Positions 50,993-62,646 of a DNA stretch of 64,000 bases are shown piece by piece (positions within the stretch are counted from its first letter, which is position 1; every line of letters starts with the position of its first letter). This stretch comes from Bilabrum cf. latius (Eukaryota), in the NCBI GenBank assembly GCA_965178125.1, contig OZ237741.1, positions 1,302,001-1,366,000 of the forward strand, given 5' to 3'. The notes under the pieces were generated by a model, which was given only the letters and a program-made list of their open reading frames with translations, was not told the origin of the DNA and ran no database searches. A program made the translations under genes and the position numbers.

Positions 50993-51733
50993 TCACAATT
51001 CCGCCTTGCCCGCGAAAGCAGCGGCTTGGATGGACTGCCAATCCCCGTACTGCGCCTGCAGCTCGGGCAGCAGGGCCCACTTGCCGCTCATCGTCTCGTA
51101 GTACATGTAGAAGTCGCTCGCCAGGCTCCAAGACGGGTAAATAAACGTAGCGGGGCGGTTGTGCTCGAAGCCAAAATGGCCAAGCCACGCAAAAAAGTAT
51201 CCGCACAGGGGGAAATAGAGCGCGTAGGCCCAGCTGCCGGTCGCACGCCATGCCACCAGCAAGAAAAAAACGACCACCACTGCCCCCTCCACGATGCCGT
51301 AGTCCATGAACCGAAGCAAAGGAAACAAAACATGGCCCATGTAACCAGCAGAGATAAACGCTCCGATTACCTTGGGGTTACGGAGTATGCCAAGCAAAAC
51401 CAGCGTGGTTCCCATTATGTGCAGCAACCGGCACATTGGATCGCTATGCTCCTTCTTGTACAGCTCATAGAAGCTAAAGAAGTCCCCATACGGCTTGTTA
51501 TCGGAGGATGGATGGGATGTCTGCCATTCCTGTGCAAAGTCTGGATCTCTAAACGTAAAGTAGTGGATCACGTTCGCCGCAAAAATCACGAGCGTGGGCC
51601 AAGCGATCCACTCGAACTGACGGAATGTCGATTCCTGTTTTACCATTAAATTGGCCAACTTTCCAGCTTCAGTCTGGCAGATATTGAGGAAAGTCATCCG
51701 GTAGAAAATCATTGTTGCGTGCAGGTTTGACAT
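50993..51733 (-). CDS. DUF962/Mpo1-like membrane protein
   Basis: FYELYKKEHSDPMCRLLHIMGT and GYFFAWLGHFGFEHNRPATFIYP...SDF. Ends in TGA. Start uncertain. Confidence 0.8.
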   Translation of the reverse strand: MSNLHATMIFYRMTFLNICQTEAGKLANLMVKQESTFRQFEWIAWPTLVIFAANVIHYFTFRDPDFAQEWQTSHPSSDNKPYGDFFSFYELYKKEHSDPMCRLLHIMGTTLVLLGILRNPKVIGAFISAGYMGHVLFPLLRFMDYGIVEGAVVVVFFLLVAWRATGSWAYALYFPLCGYFFAWLGHFGFEHNRPATFIYPSWSLASDFYMYYETMSGKWALLPELQAQYGDWQSIQAAAFAGKAEL

Positions 51734-51825
51734 GCCGCCGGCTCCCGGCGGACCGGCGGCGCCCCCCCCCTCTCGCCGCCCACACAGGTGTGCCCAGCCT
51801 GGCGGCTGCGTCCATACATGCCCCT

Positions 51826-54492
51826 TCAAAACTCGGACAGCGGCCTAGTCTGTTCTGCCGCCCCCTTGGCAAAGTTGCTCGGATCCGCCGCCCTGGTGGC
51901 AGCCCCCCTCGAGTGCTCCTTCCAGCCCGCGGGGTCTGCCCTCCTGCGCGCCTCGGCCGCGTACACGGGATTCAGCTGGTCAGCAAACAGCACGGGAGGG
52001 GGCGGCGGCAGGTTGCCCGTCCCCTTCTTCTTGTTCCCTAGCGCCCTCAAGTCCCCGTATCCCCCGAGCGGCACCTGGCTCGTGCCCATTCTCTGGGCCA
52101 GGGAGCGGGGCGAGTGGGCGCCCGTGGCTCGGCGGATGGTGCGCCGCTGGTCCTCACTCATCACACTCATATCCACGGCCTCGCCCGTCCTCGACACGGC
52201 CAGGTGGGCGCTGGGCACCCGCCGGCCCACCCTGCTGCCGCCCTGCCTGCCGTCTGGCGCATCGGCCTGGGGCGGGGGCCGGTCCCTTCGCAAGGAAGCT
52301 CTGAGCGCTGCCTGCCGCTCGCCTTTGCCCACCCCCTCCGTGCTCTCCACGCCTACCCCGAGGATAGGATCGCGCGTCAGGTGTGACGTGGACGTGCGGG
52401 TCACGCCCAGCCCTCCGGTCGCCGACATGCCAGCGATACCCCCCGGGGCAGCACCGGGCTTTGACGTCGTCGTTGATGGCCCTGCCCCGCCTGCCGCACC
52501 CCCCGCACCGCTGTCCATCTTCCTCGTCTGCGTCAGCGCGAGGTCAGCCACCTTCGAGGAGCGGGTCACCCTCAGGTCCTCCCCCCTCGCTCCCGTGCTC
52601 CGCTCCCACTCCCGCACTCTCCAGGGAACAACGCGCCCCCTGCCGTCCGCCTCGTCCACCTGCTCCTGCTGCCTCCCGGCGCCTCCGATCGTGCCCACGG
52701 TGGCAGCCAGCTCCTGCTCCACCTCGGGGGCCGCCAGCTCCGGCTCGGATAGGACCACTTGCCCGTGCAGCACCCCCTTCTTGGGTCTCCTCCGCCTCCT
52801 CTCCTGCGGGCTCATGCGGGCCGCTCTCCTCTTGCTCTCCTCCAGCATGGCCCGCCCCTGCTTGGCCCCCTCTGTGTGGAACCATGACGGAGCAAGGTCA
52901 GACACGGCACCGCCCGCCATGCGATCCGCCGCCACGCGCGCCCGCTCCTGCTGTGGGGGAGGGGGCCCCTGCTCGCCCGCTGTCCGCCGCAGGAAGGGGG
53001 GCGCGTCGGCTGACTCGGCGATGCGGCGCCTGGCCAGCGCCCTCCGCTTCCCGGCGCCCGCTTTGGCCACCCTCGTGCGCCGCTCGGCCTCCATGCGCAG
53101 GGCCTTGGTGGGATCCCCCGCCGTAGCCGCGGCCTGCAGCGCGGTGCGGTGTGAAGCGTGCGCCAGCCTGGCCTGCGCTCCTAGCTGCGCCGCCCCCGCC
53201 TCTGTGACCCAGGGATCGACGGCCTCTTTGCCCTCGTGCGCCCGCGTGCGCCGAGCCGCCAGGGAGGTGGCCAAAGAGGACGGCGCACCCACGGGTGCGG
53301 TTCCTGTGAGGGTCCCCGTGACGAGTGCAGGGTCCCCGCTGTACCCGTCCCCGTCCCCGTCCCCCGCCGTGGGGTCGCTGTCCAGCCCTGCGGCTCCCTG
53401 CCGAGTCCACTCCACCGGGTCTGGGGCGATGGGCGCCTGCATCCCGGCCAGCACTGCCTCCCGCTCACCCTCAGATCGAGCCGCGCGCAGTGGTGCCGGT
53501 TCCGCTGCACGGCGATGGCCGGTGGGGCTCGACCCCTGACCCCGAGGTGGGGGTCTCCCGCGGTCACCCCCCCATCCCCGGGCCCTCCGCTCCGCCGCTG
53601 CCCGCCGGGCCGCCACAGCAGCCTGCGATGCCACCCCTGCACCTGCGCCTGCACCGGCCCCAGCCCCATTTTCAACCATCTGGGTCCCCCCGAGCCCCAG
53701 CCCCAGCCCGGCACCGGCCGTCCCTCCGCCCCTCAGACGAGCCCCCTGCTCGCGGAGAGTGGCGGTCTGCGACAGAGCCCCCGCCCGACCGTACTCCCCG
53801 TCCTCCCTGGGAGCCCCCCTCAGCCTGGTGGTGAAACCCGCCCCACGCCCCAGCACGCCATCCTTCCCGTGGTGACCCGTGTACCCAGACGGCGCGCGGG
53901 CTGTGGCCGCAGCCACGTCACCGATGCCGGCGGTCCTGGAGAGCATCCCGGTGGTCCTGGCCCACGTCTCGTCCTCTATCTCGAGGTTAGACCTGGTCCC
54001 GCCCCTCACGTCGGGCCCTCCTCCCTGCTTCTGCTGGCTCGCGGCGATTGCGCGCCGCTGCTGGTCTGTGGCAAGCGAGCGCATCCCGGCGCTGGAATGC
54101 AGGGCGCGGCGCTCTCCTGCCAGCACAGCCGCCGTTCGCGTCTTTGACTTGTCGGAAGGCCTGATGTGCAGCGAGCCATCGTCTCCAACGGCCACGCGCC
54201 GTCCCACCAGAGCCGGCCGCGAGAGGCGAAATCCGGCCGCCTGGACCGGCCTGCCCACGCGAGGCCGGAGGGTCGGCGGTTTGCCAACGGTGCCGTCCTC
54301 ATAGTTTGTATCATCTTGCATTTTTCGGCTAGGTTCATCTCGAATGGACTGGTCCAACCTCTGGGATCGACCTGCATGTGTCCTCCCCTATGTCATCAGC
54401 AGCGGCCTCCGGCGGACCTTGGAGATCGCGTCGCCGCTAAATTCTTTCGTGACACGACCCATAACTCCAGTCCGTTCGCGTCGGCTGGGCAT
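51826..54492 (-). CDS. Hypothetical low-complexity Gly/Ala/Arg-rich protein (~890 aa); the frame extends 5' through TAG 54388-54390
   Basis: 843-codon open frame with coding-like composition, ending in TGA. No recognised domain; start approximate. Confidence 0.55.
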
Positions 54493-54813
54493 CGCACCTT
54501 TGCCGTCCTGTGAAGGGGTGCTGCAGCTATGTCAGAAATTCGCTTTGCACCTGAACGGATCCATCGCATTGTTCCGGTTTTTCACTTTGGGGAGGCCTGT
54601 TGGTCGCAGGGTTCGACATGGCATTTTTCATCAGATTTTATCATAAACTCCAGATTATCACCACTAGATGCCGCGTGAACCTGTCCTCCGTCGCAAGCAG
54701 CTATCGCCGCTTGCAACCGTCCTACCCAGCCACCTCGCCGGCCCCGCGTCGTTTGCCTCGATCCGATGGCCGGTGCCCGCTTTCCAAATCACAGCGTTAC
54801 AGCATCATCTGCG

Positions 54814-56769
54814 TCACCCTCTGCCCTCCTTGGCCCCCGTGCCATCGTCCCCGTCCACCTCGTTCCCCCCGCCGCGGTGTCGATCCCCCGGGGGGCCCTC
54901 CCCCGTCTGCAGGTAGTGCGCGAGTTTCTGCATCCCCTTCCGCACCGAGGGGGCCATCTCCTCCAGAAAGCGGTCCTGCTCCTTGCCCACGGGGTGGTCT
55001 GGAGCATCCAGATACTGCGCGGGCGTGCTTGCGTACCGCCCGAGCACGTCCTCCTCCTCCTCGACCTCCTCCTATCCTGCAACAGCACCGGCCCCGCCGC
55101 ACGCGCGACCGGGCTGCCCGGACTCCGGCCCCTCGGTGCCCGCACTCGTCACACTCCTCATGGCCTTGTCCCCGTCGAAATCCACAAAGGCCAGTCGGGC
55201 GCATGGTTCCTCCGGCAGCCGCCCGAAGGCAGTCCCCGGCAGCATGGCCACGCCCGTCTGCCTCAGGATGTCCTCCATCAGCCAGGCCGATGTCATCTCC
55301 TCCCCGGGGGCGCGTGTCTCCCGCTAGTAACGCGCCCTGACCGGCTCCAGCCCGGGGCACTTGCTGAAGTCGGGGAAGGTGTAAAATCCCCCGGCTGGGT
55401 CCTGCACCTTGGCCCCCGCCTCCTTGAGCGTGCGCACCGTGTACGAGGACACGAGCCGCAGCACGTGGTTGGCGCGGTCCAGGTACCTGAGCACGGCCTC
55501 CCCCCTGCCTTGCTCGTCCTGGAACGCGCCCATGGCGGCGTGCTGCACAGGGGCGCACACGCTCGAATAGGTCTCCGACGCGGCGGCGATCATCGTGTTC
55601 CGCAGCCAGGAGAGCTCCTTGGGGAACACGAAGGCTCCGAGCCTCCACCCGCCCGCCCCCGCCCACTTGGAGATGCCATCCAGCACCACCGTGCCCTCTG
55701 GGTAGTGCGCCGCGATGGACTTGTGCTGGCGAGTGTGCCGCAGGCCCAGCTTGGCCGACTGCTCGTCGTGGGGGTACTCCTCGTTGTAGGTCAGCCGCCC
55801 GTAGATCTCGTCCGATAGGACCAGGATCCCATGCCTCCTGCAGATCTCCGCGATGGCCTGCAGCTCGTCATCCGTGTAGGAGCTGCCCGTGGGGTTGCTG
55901 GGGTAGTTGATCACCAGCAGCACGGGATACTGGTAGGAGTACTGCGCCTGCTGCCTGAGGGCGTCGTCCAAGATCTCGGGGTGCAGCTTCCAGCCCACCT
56001 CGGCGGACGTGTCGAGCCACAGTGCCCTCCTGCCGAGCATGGAGCTCTGCGGCTAGTACGTGACCCAGGAGGCGCTCTGCAGCATCAGGTCCGCGTCCAG
56101 GCACAGCTGCATGAGAAAGATGAGCTCCTTGGTGCCGGGGCCCACCAGCACGTTCTCCGCGGTGTACTCGTAGGGGCCCCCGACCCTCTTGGTGGTGTGC
56201 TCGGCGATGGCCTCCCGGAGAGGGAGCATTCCCGCGGTTGGAAGATACGTCTTGTTGTGCGCGTTCGCCTTCATGTCCTGCGGAACGCGTCGTAAGCACT
56301 AGTAAAACGAGTTGTGATCCGCTTATGGGGAAAGTAGCAGCGAGATTGGCGCGGCATGATTCGCCGAGTTCTCAAGCCGAAACCGCCCGATCTCAAAGCT
56401 CACGTCAACCATGAATTCTGGCGGAAGAAACGGGCTTTCTCCTAGCCCAAAACGGTGAATAGTTTGTCCTCTAGCTTGAAGCGCCCGGGATTTTTCGCTG
56501 ATTGCGAGCGTGGGAGACTGGGGGACCCTCAGCATATTTTGGTGGATGTGGGCCTGCTTCCAGGCGGGCTGTTTCCCTTCCTGTACGGAGCGTCGCGGCG
56601 ACGAGCCCGATACCCGGCGATGACTTGCTCGCTAGATACCTTCCTGCCTATTTCTGCTCCCCGAGTCAGGTCTGACGGTCGTTGCTTGACTGGATGATGA
56701 CCTGAACGACCGCCGTCTCCAACAGCGCAAACCTACCGATCTCGACAAGATAAGCTTGCGAGATTGCAT
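54814..56769 (-). CDS. Class I/II PLP-dependent (aspartate-type) aminotransferase with presequence-like N-terminus; intron 56278-56403; in-frame TAGs at 56632, 56053, 55324 and 55072
   Basis: SPTLAISEKSRAL...FGLGESPF, YLPTAGMLPLREAIA, VGPGTKELIF, SWVTY*PQ, NYPSNPTG, LSDEIYG, PLP-Lys motif GISKWAGAGGWRLG, GGFYTFPDF and GVAMLPGTAFG. Ends in TGA. Confidence 0.9.
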
Positions 56770-57031
56770 GAGGAGATCAACAGATATACTCGTTAAAACT
56801 CGGTCCGGTCCGTGTGCGATGATGCTTCTGTGTGCGGGCTTGCAGTCCCGGTGTTCGTCAGTTGCAGTTCGCAATAAACGGCACTTTCTGTGCAGAATGC
56901 GAACCTTGGCAGTTGGTTTTGATCTTCTTCTTCTTGAAAATTGAAACCGCAATTGGTTGCAACCGGTGGACCGCGGAGCAGGTGCTGCAGGAACAGTCTA
57001 GCCGTGACTAGGCGCAGGTGTAAACTGCAGG

Positions 57032-58309
57032 ATGGCTGCCGACGGAGACTTTGACGAATCCTTTGCTGGGGTGCAGGAGGCTGACGACGCAGGCAGTGAC
57101 TTCTCCCTGTCATCCGAAGAAGGTGGTGCATTTGAAGACGATGACGACGTGAGGACATGCAGGATATTCCATGGAGTACTCGCTTTTGTCATGAAGTAAA
57201 GTCACTATGCTTTCCCACTAAAAATGGTGTCTGCTTGCTTTGTCGCTGGATACGCGCAGGATTTTGATTTTGAGGAGGAGGAGAAGCCGAAACCCAAATC
57301 AAAAAAGAAGAAATCCCCAGCTAGAAAGCAGGCATCTCCCAAGGCCAAGAAGTCTGCACCGGCCAAGAAAAAAACAACTGCTTCAAAATTCAAGTCGGCG
57401 GGCAAATCTTCGGGATCCGCAAAGGCGAAAGCCGCGCCCGCGCCCAAGAAGAGCAAGTTGAATCCGGCCTCAATGGAAGACGGGGGCTTGGCAAGCGCGG
57501 CCGCTGGAAAGTTGGACAAGGGAAGCATTAAGGAAAAAGACGCAGGCCCCGTCCTGCTACAGTATCTCGAAGATCAGAACAGGCCTTACAGCGCGATCAA
57601 TATTCACGACAACCTGCACGGCGCCGTGAAAAAGGTGCAGGTGACGCGCGTGCTGGACTCGCTCGCCTCCAGCGGGTAGCTACGGTCCAAGCAGTGGGGT
57701 AAGTTCAAAGTATTTTGGCCGGACCAGGCCCGCTTCGGCGAGATATCCGAAGAGTCCCTCCGCGAGGCCGAGGGCCGCCTGGAGGCAGCCAGGAAGGCAG
57801 CCGCGCAGGCCAAGGACGACAGGAAGCGTGCGGAGGGGGCGGTCGCATCCCTGGCCAGCGAGCCCACGGACGCGCAGCTGGAGGAGCTCCTGAAGCAGCG
57901 GGAGGCGGAGGTGTAGGCGCTGCGGGCCAGGGTGCAGCAGCTCAGGGAGCTGGCCGGGGATGGCGCCGGGGCGGGGGCGGGGGCCGGGGCGGGATCCACG
58001 GGGCAGAGAGCGGGGGCGGGAAAGGCGCCGGAGGGGCGGGAGGAGCTGGAGGCGCGCATGAACCGGTATGTGAAGGTGTGGCGGCAGCGCAAGCGCAAGT
58101 GCGACGAGGTGACAGGTATGATCGCGGAGGGCCTGGGCCTCAAGAGGAGGAGGGTGGAGGAAGACGTCGGGGTAGAGACGGACCAGGATGTGGGGTGTCC
58201 GGAGCCAAAGGCGTTCCTGCAGTTGCCGATCGAGGCGCCTGCAGGGGCCGGGCTGCAGGGCTCCTCGTCCTCATCGTCGTCGTCGGCTGCCGCGGCAGGA
58301 GGCACCTGA
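57032..58309 (+). CDS. HOP2: Meiotic recombination factor HOP2 (TBPIP/PSMC3IP) with acidic and Lys-rich N-terminal extension; intron 57149-57259; in-frame TAGs at 57677 and 57914
   Basis: Winged-helix region LLQYLEDQNRPYSAINIHDNLHGAVKK...LDSLASSG*LRSKQWGKFKVFWPDQ, a coiled coil, then VWRQRKRKC...VGVETD. Ends in TGA. Confidence 0.85.
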
Positions 58310-58353
58310 AGAGTTCGCTGTACTGTTGAGTCAATTCCAATGTGCACGTGCTA

Positions 58354-58528
58354 CCATTCAACACCCCCTACACTAGACAAGGCCCTCCCCATTCAACACC
58401 CCCTACACTAGACAAGGCCCTCCCCATTCAACACCCCCTACACTAGACGAGGCCCTCCCCATTCAACACCCCCTACACTAGACGAGGCCCTCCCCATTCA
58501 ACACCCCCTACACTAGACGAGGCCCTCC
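58354..58528. repeat. Minisatellite, 35-bp unit x5 (CCATTCAACACCCCCTACACTAGAC[A/G]AGGCCCTCC), between the convergent 3' ends of HOP2 and COG4
   Basis: Exact 35-bp period with no spacers. Copies 1-2 carry A and copies 3-5 carry G at one site. Confidence 0.95.
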
Positions 58529-58579
58529 TGCGCACATACATGTGCCTTGACTGGATCTACTCCACCGCGCAAGGTCCTG

Positions 58580-61500
58580 TCACCAGTCCGTCCGCAGGGC
58601 CAGCAACCCCCGCACCTCGGCGGCACTCAGCGAGTTCCGTTCCCCTGCCTCCTCGTCCCCGCGCCACCATTCCGATTCTGAGTCGCCACCCCCCGAGTCG
58701 CCCTTCCCGCTCCCTCCCGGCGCGGTCACAGACACAGACCCAGACCCAGACCGAGACCTTGTGCCTGTGCCCGTGCCCGTCGTTGCCTCCGCCGCCGCCG
58801 CCAGCTCCTCCAGGGCCTCGCTACGACTCGGAGCCGAAAGAAGGCGGGCTGCCAGCTGCAGCCTGCGGAACTTCGCCCTCGCCGCGGCGCCCCCCACTGC
58901 CTCGAAGAAGTCCGCCAGCGCCCGCGAGTGCCTCGCGAGCGCCCGCGCGCCCCCCCCCACGAACCGCCGCTTGCCCACCATGCCTTGCATACGGCGCGCC
59001 ACCGCCTGCGCCGCCCGCACCGCTACCTCCCTGGCCGCCTCGGGCAGCAGCAGCAGCTCCACGGGGGCCATGGCTCTCGCGAGAGGCTCGAGCACCTCCT
59101 CCTGGAAGAGCGCGTCCTGCTCCTGGGGGCCCAGCCGGTGCCCCTCCCCGTCGAACCGCACCAGGGGGGCCCTCCCCGCCATGGCCTCCAGGGCGGAGCG
59201 CAGCTGGGGCGCGTGGAACATGGCGAACCGGCTGACGGCCGCGTCGCTGAGTTCCTGGAGGGCACTGGCGGTCTGCTGCAGCTCGTGCACGGCCGCGGTG
59301 GCCTTGGCAACCGCGCCGGTGGACGCTCCCTCCCCTTGTTCTCCGAGTGCCTGTTCCCTGGCGTGCCGCACCAGCCCCGCGCACTCCTCCGCAGCCTCCC
59401 AGGCGGAGTTGACGGCCAGGGCCCGCCGGGCCACCGCTGCCGACAGCCGGGACAGGCCTTCTGCGGCCTCGGCGGCGGTGGCCCCACCTGGCGTGCCCGG
59501 TGTGGCAGCCTCGCCCCCCGAGCCCAGCCCGCCCCCCCGCATGGGGGTCAGCGGGGCGACTCCCCCGGCCCCCGACACCCCGGCGCGCCGCGGGGAGCCG
59601 GGGGTACCGGGCGCAGAGGCCCCTGCCCTCCCCGCAACACCCCTCTCCACCGCTTGTTCCCTGGCTGCCCGCGCGAAATCGTCCGCCGCCAGCCGGATGG
59701 GGGTTGCCAGTAGCGCCTCACCGGCGGATTCGAGGGCGGCGGCGGCGGCCCTGGCCTGCGCCTGGGCGGCCCCCGTGCGCATGGAAGCGAGCCTGCGGGC
59801 GGCAGGACCCAGCTCCAGGACCCCGCCTCCGAATCTCTCTCCTCCTCCCGCCGCTCCTCCCCCTCGCTTGCCGGCGGCAGTAGACCTCCTGGCAGCAGCA
59901 GCAGCAGCAGCAGCGGCAGCATTGCCCCCTCCTGTTCCCTGCAGCGCGGCCTCGGCCTGCACCCTCAGTCGCTCGAAGAGGCCGTCCCCCAACTGCGCCG
60001 CAATGCCGTGCAGCACGCCGCACAGGCAGTCCGCGTTCCCCGTCGACAGCGCCCTGTCCACGCACACCCGCGCCACGTACATGCAGTCCCCCACCGCGCT
60101 CGTGGAGCACGGCAGGGAGCCCCCCACCTCCTCGAGGGCAACCGCCCGCCGCAGCCCAGCAGACAGGAGGGCCCCTTCCGCTCGACCGTACGAGGCCGCC
60201 AGGGCACCGCACGAGGCAGCCAGCTCCCTCCACTCCCCTTCGTCCCCTCGAGCGCGCACTGCCACTGGCCCATCCTCGGCCCCCTTCCCCTTCCCCTTCC
60301 CATCGCCCTGCTGGACGCCCCCCCTCCCCCTCCCCCTCTCCACCGCATCCTCGGCCGTGTCCCTGAGCACGGCAAGGAACCGCTCGATGCGCTGCAGCAG
60401 CAGGGCACTGCCGGTTGCAACCGCAGTCAGGCTCGCCTCCGACTCCGAATCCCCTCCTCCCTCCTCGTCGCCCTGCTGCTGCTTCCCGTCACTTGTTCCC
60501 CTTGCACTGCCGCGCCGGCCCTTGCCCTTCCCACTCGCTGCCGATGCCGCCAGCGCCCCCCGCACGGCCGGCCCGTCCACGAACGCATCCACCGCCCTGG
60601 CCAGCGGCGCCTCTGCCGCTCTCCTCGCGGCCCCCAGCAGTGCCAGCGGGGCGGAGGGGTCGTCGGCGAAGGCGGTCTGCGAGAGAACAAGAGCCTCCCT
60701 GAGAACAGCGAGCACAGCGTTGAAGCCGGCAGACAGGCCGTCCACGGCGCCGCGCGCGCTGCCAGATGCCATGTTCCGCAAGGCCTCCTCCCAGCGCGGC
60801 GCCCCACCGGCCAAAGCACCAGTCCCAGCAGCACCAGACCCAGACCCAGCCGCCGCAGCCTACCCTGTGAGGTCGGCCCCCTCCCGATCGCTCGCGAGAC
60901 CCTGTGCTCCCTCGCGCCCCCCCTGAGAGGGAGAGGGAGAGGGGGGGGAGGGGGACGGCGTGCCGAGGGAGGCCATGTGCGCAGCTGCCACGTCGTTCAC
61001 CCGCCGCTGCACGAACTGGAGGAAGAGCCGGAGCCCCTCGCTGCTGCGACCAATGAGGGCGAGCAGCTGGCAGTGCTCGCCCACGGCGGCAGCGTCGCCT
61101 GCCTCCATCGCCCGACGCAGCTTTGAGGCCACGGATCTGGCGGCTCGCTGCTCCATTTCGTCGAGCGAATCATCTCCGGCGGCGCCCGCCCCGTCCGACG
61201 GCCCACCGAGCGTCGCGCCCGGGAAGCTGCCCTGCACCTACCGGAGCCGTCTCAGGTGAGTGCAGGCCGCCCCCACGTCGTCGCGTGCAATGGCCTTCCT
61301 AGCATCTTCCCGACAAGAATCAATTTCGAGAATGTCGTCGACTCTTTCTACCACTGCGCGTATCCTCTCCCGCTTCCGCTACAGCTTGCCGATCCTGCTG
61401 GCGTGGTCGGACACGAGCTGCAGCTGACGCCTGAGACGCGATCGCGCCAAGTACAATTCGTCTTTGGCCGCCTCTAACTCAGGGATGGACGCTCTCACTG

Positions 61501-61630
61501 ACGCAGCCAGGCTGCTGCGATCGTGGGAGCTGGACTGCTGCCGCGCAGAATCGGACATCACTTCAGCCAGCCTAGCGCGCGCGTTCCTGGCTGCCAGCTA
61601 GAACGCCCCCGCCACATCGTACTGTGACAT
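58580..61630 (-). CDS. COG4: Conserved oligomeric Golgi complex subunit 4-like protein (~1,016 aa); in-frame TAGs at 61598, 61379, 61238 and 60860
   Basis: IRAVVERVDDILEIDSCREDARKAI...ACTHLRR, LLALIGRSSEGLRLF, TSAVGDCMYVARVCVDRALSTGN, ARAKFRRLQ and LSAAEVRGLLALRTDW. Ends in TGA. Confidence 0.75.
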
Positions 61631-61772
61631 AAATGTTATCCACGCGAACTAAGTCTAGGATTGGCGTCTGATTCATGGCTGCAACTCGACCTCGGCGCAA
61701 AAGGCACGGTACAAAGCCCAGAGGGGACCGAAAGGCAACCGTGGCCTCGCACTAGCGGTAGTAGCGGCACCA

Positions 61773-62432
61773 ATGCGTCGCGCGCTGCGAAGGTCCATAT
61801 TTATTGCCCATCATGCAGCTCATAGACCCTCGCTTTCCCCGTTGTCGCTCCCTTCGACATAGGCGGCCTGGGCAGCCGTGAGCCGTCCGTGCGGTGCCAG
61901 ATTCATGGGAGTAGGTCCTCCTCGCAAGAAGCGAGGCAGGATCAGTAGAAATAAGAATAAGCGCAAAATCCCAGTGGATGCACCGGAGTTTAAGGATGTG
62001 TATAGGAAGTTCATGAGCAAAGTGCACCCGGACCTGTTCACAAAGTACCCAGAGTTGCAAGAGACGAACGAAACTAGCCTACAAAGCCTGAACGAGGTAC
62101 TGCAAGGCGCCAAGAGTGGAGTCGTGGACTCCGTTCTCAAGCCAACGAGGATGGATTTGGATTTCTTCGTCCGCACAGACAACGACCACGAGTTTCTCAA
62201 AGTGCCCCTCCGGCTGCGCCTGGCCGGCGGCTACTGCAAGCGCCAGGCCGGAGAGTAGATGGGCGCGCTGTTCCACAAGTGTGGACTACCCAGAGTGTTT
62301 GACTGGGGCAAGGATTACTGGTATCAGCGCATCCGGCCCGCCGCCCCGGAGCGCAAGGAGGACGGCAGCGTGGACGAGGAGGCCGAGCAGAGAGCGCAGG
62401 CATAGAGGGAGGCCTATCGTCAGCGCGGGTGA
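61773..62432 (+). CDS. DUF4460/TCAIM-like putative mitochondrial protein (~219 aa); in-frame TAGs at 61860, 62256 and 62403
   Basis: Arg-rich presequence-like start MRRALRRS, then YRKFMSKVHPDLFTKYPELQETNETSLQSLN and LFHKCGLP. Ends in TGA 62430-62432. Confidence 0.7.
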
Positions 62433-62646
62433 ATGGCAGCAATGCACAGCATACCAGGTATTATGGTTCTCTGACATGCACACAGAACCCACCCAGTCAG
62501 CCGTTTGGATGACTTGCATCGCCCTGCACATGCACTGCCAAGCGGTGGACTATCCATCTCGCGGGGGGCCCCCCGGGCGCGTGGCCGGCACCATCACAAT
62601 AGCTTCGAGCGTACTGTATTCACGCTATTGATTACCACTGCAATCC

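Noticed and set aside
56053-56055. Pyrrolysine or programmed single-site readthrough
   Set aside because: The TAGs are numerous, occur in unrelated genes and varied contexts, and sit at Gln-type positions. No Pyl machinery or shared downstream element is visible.
58354-58528. 35-bp repeats as a CRISPR array
   Set aside because: The units are directly adjacent with no unique spacers, no cas genes are present, and the context is eukaryotic.
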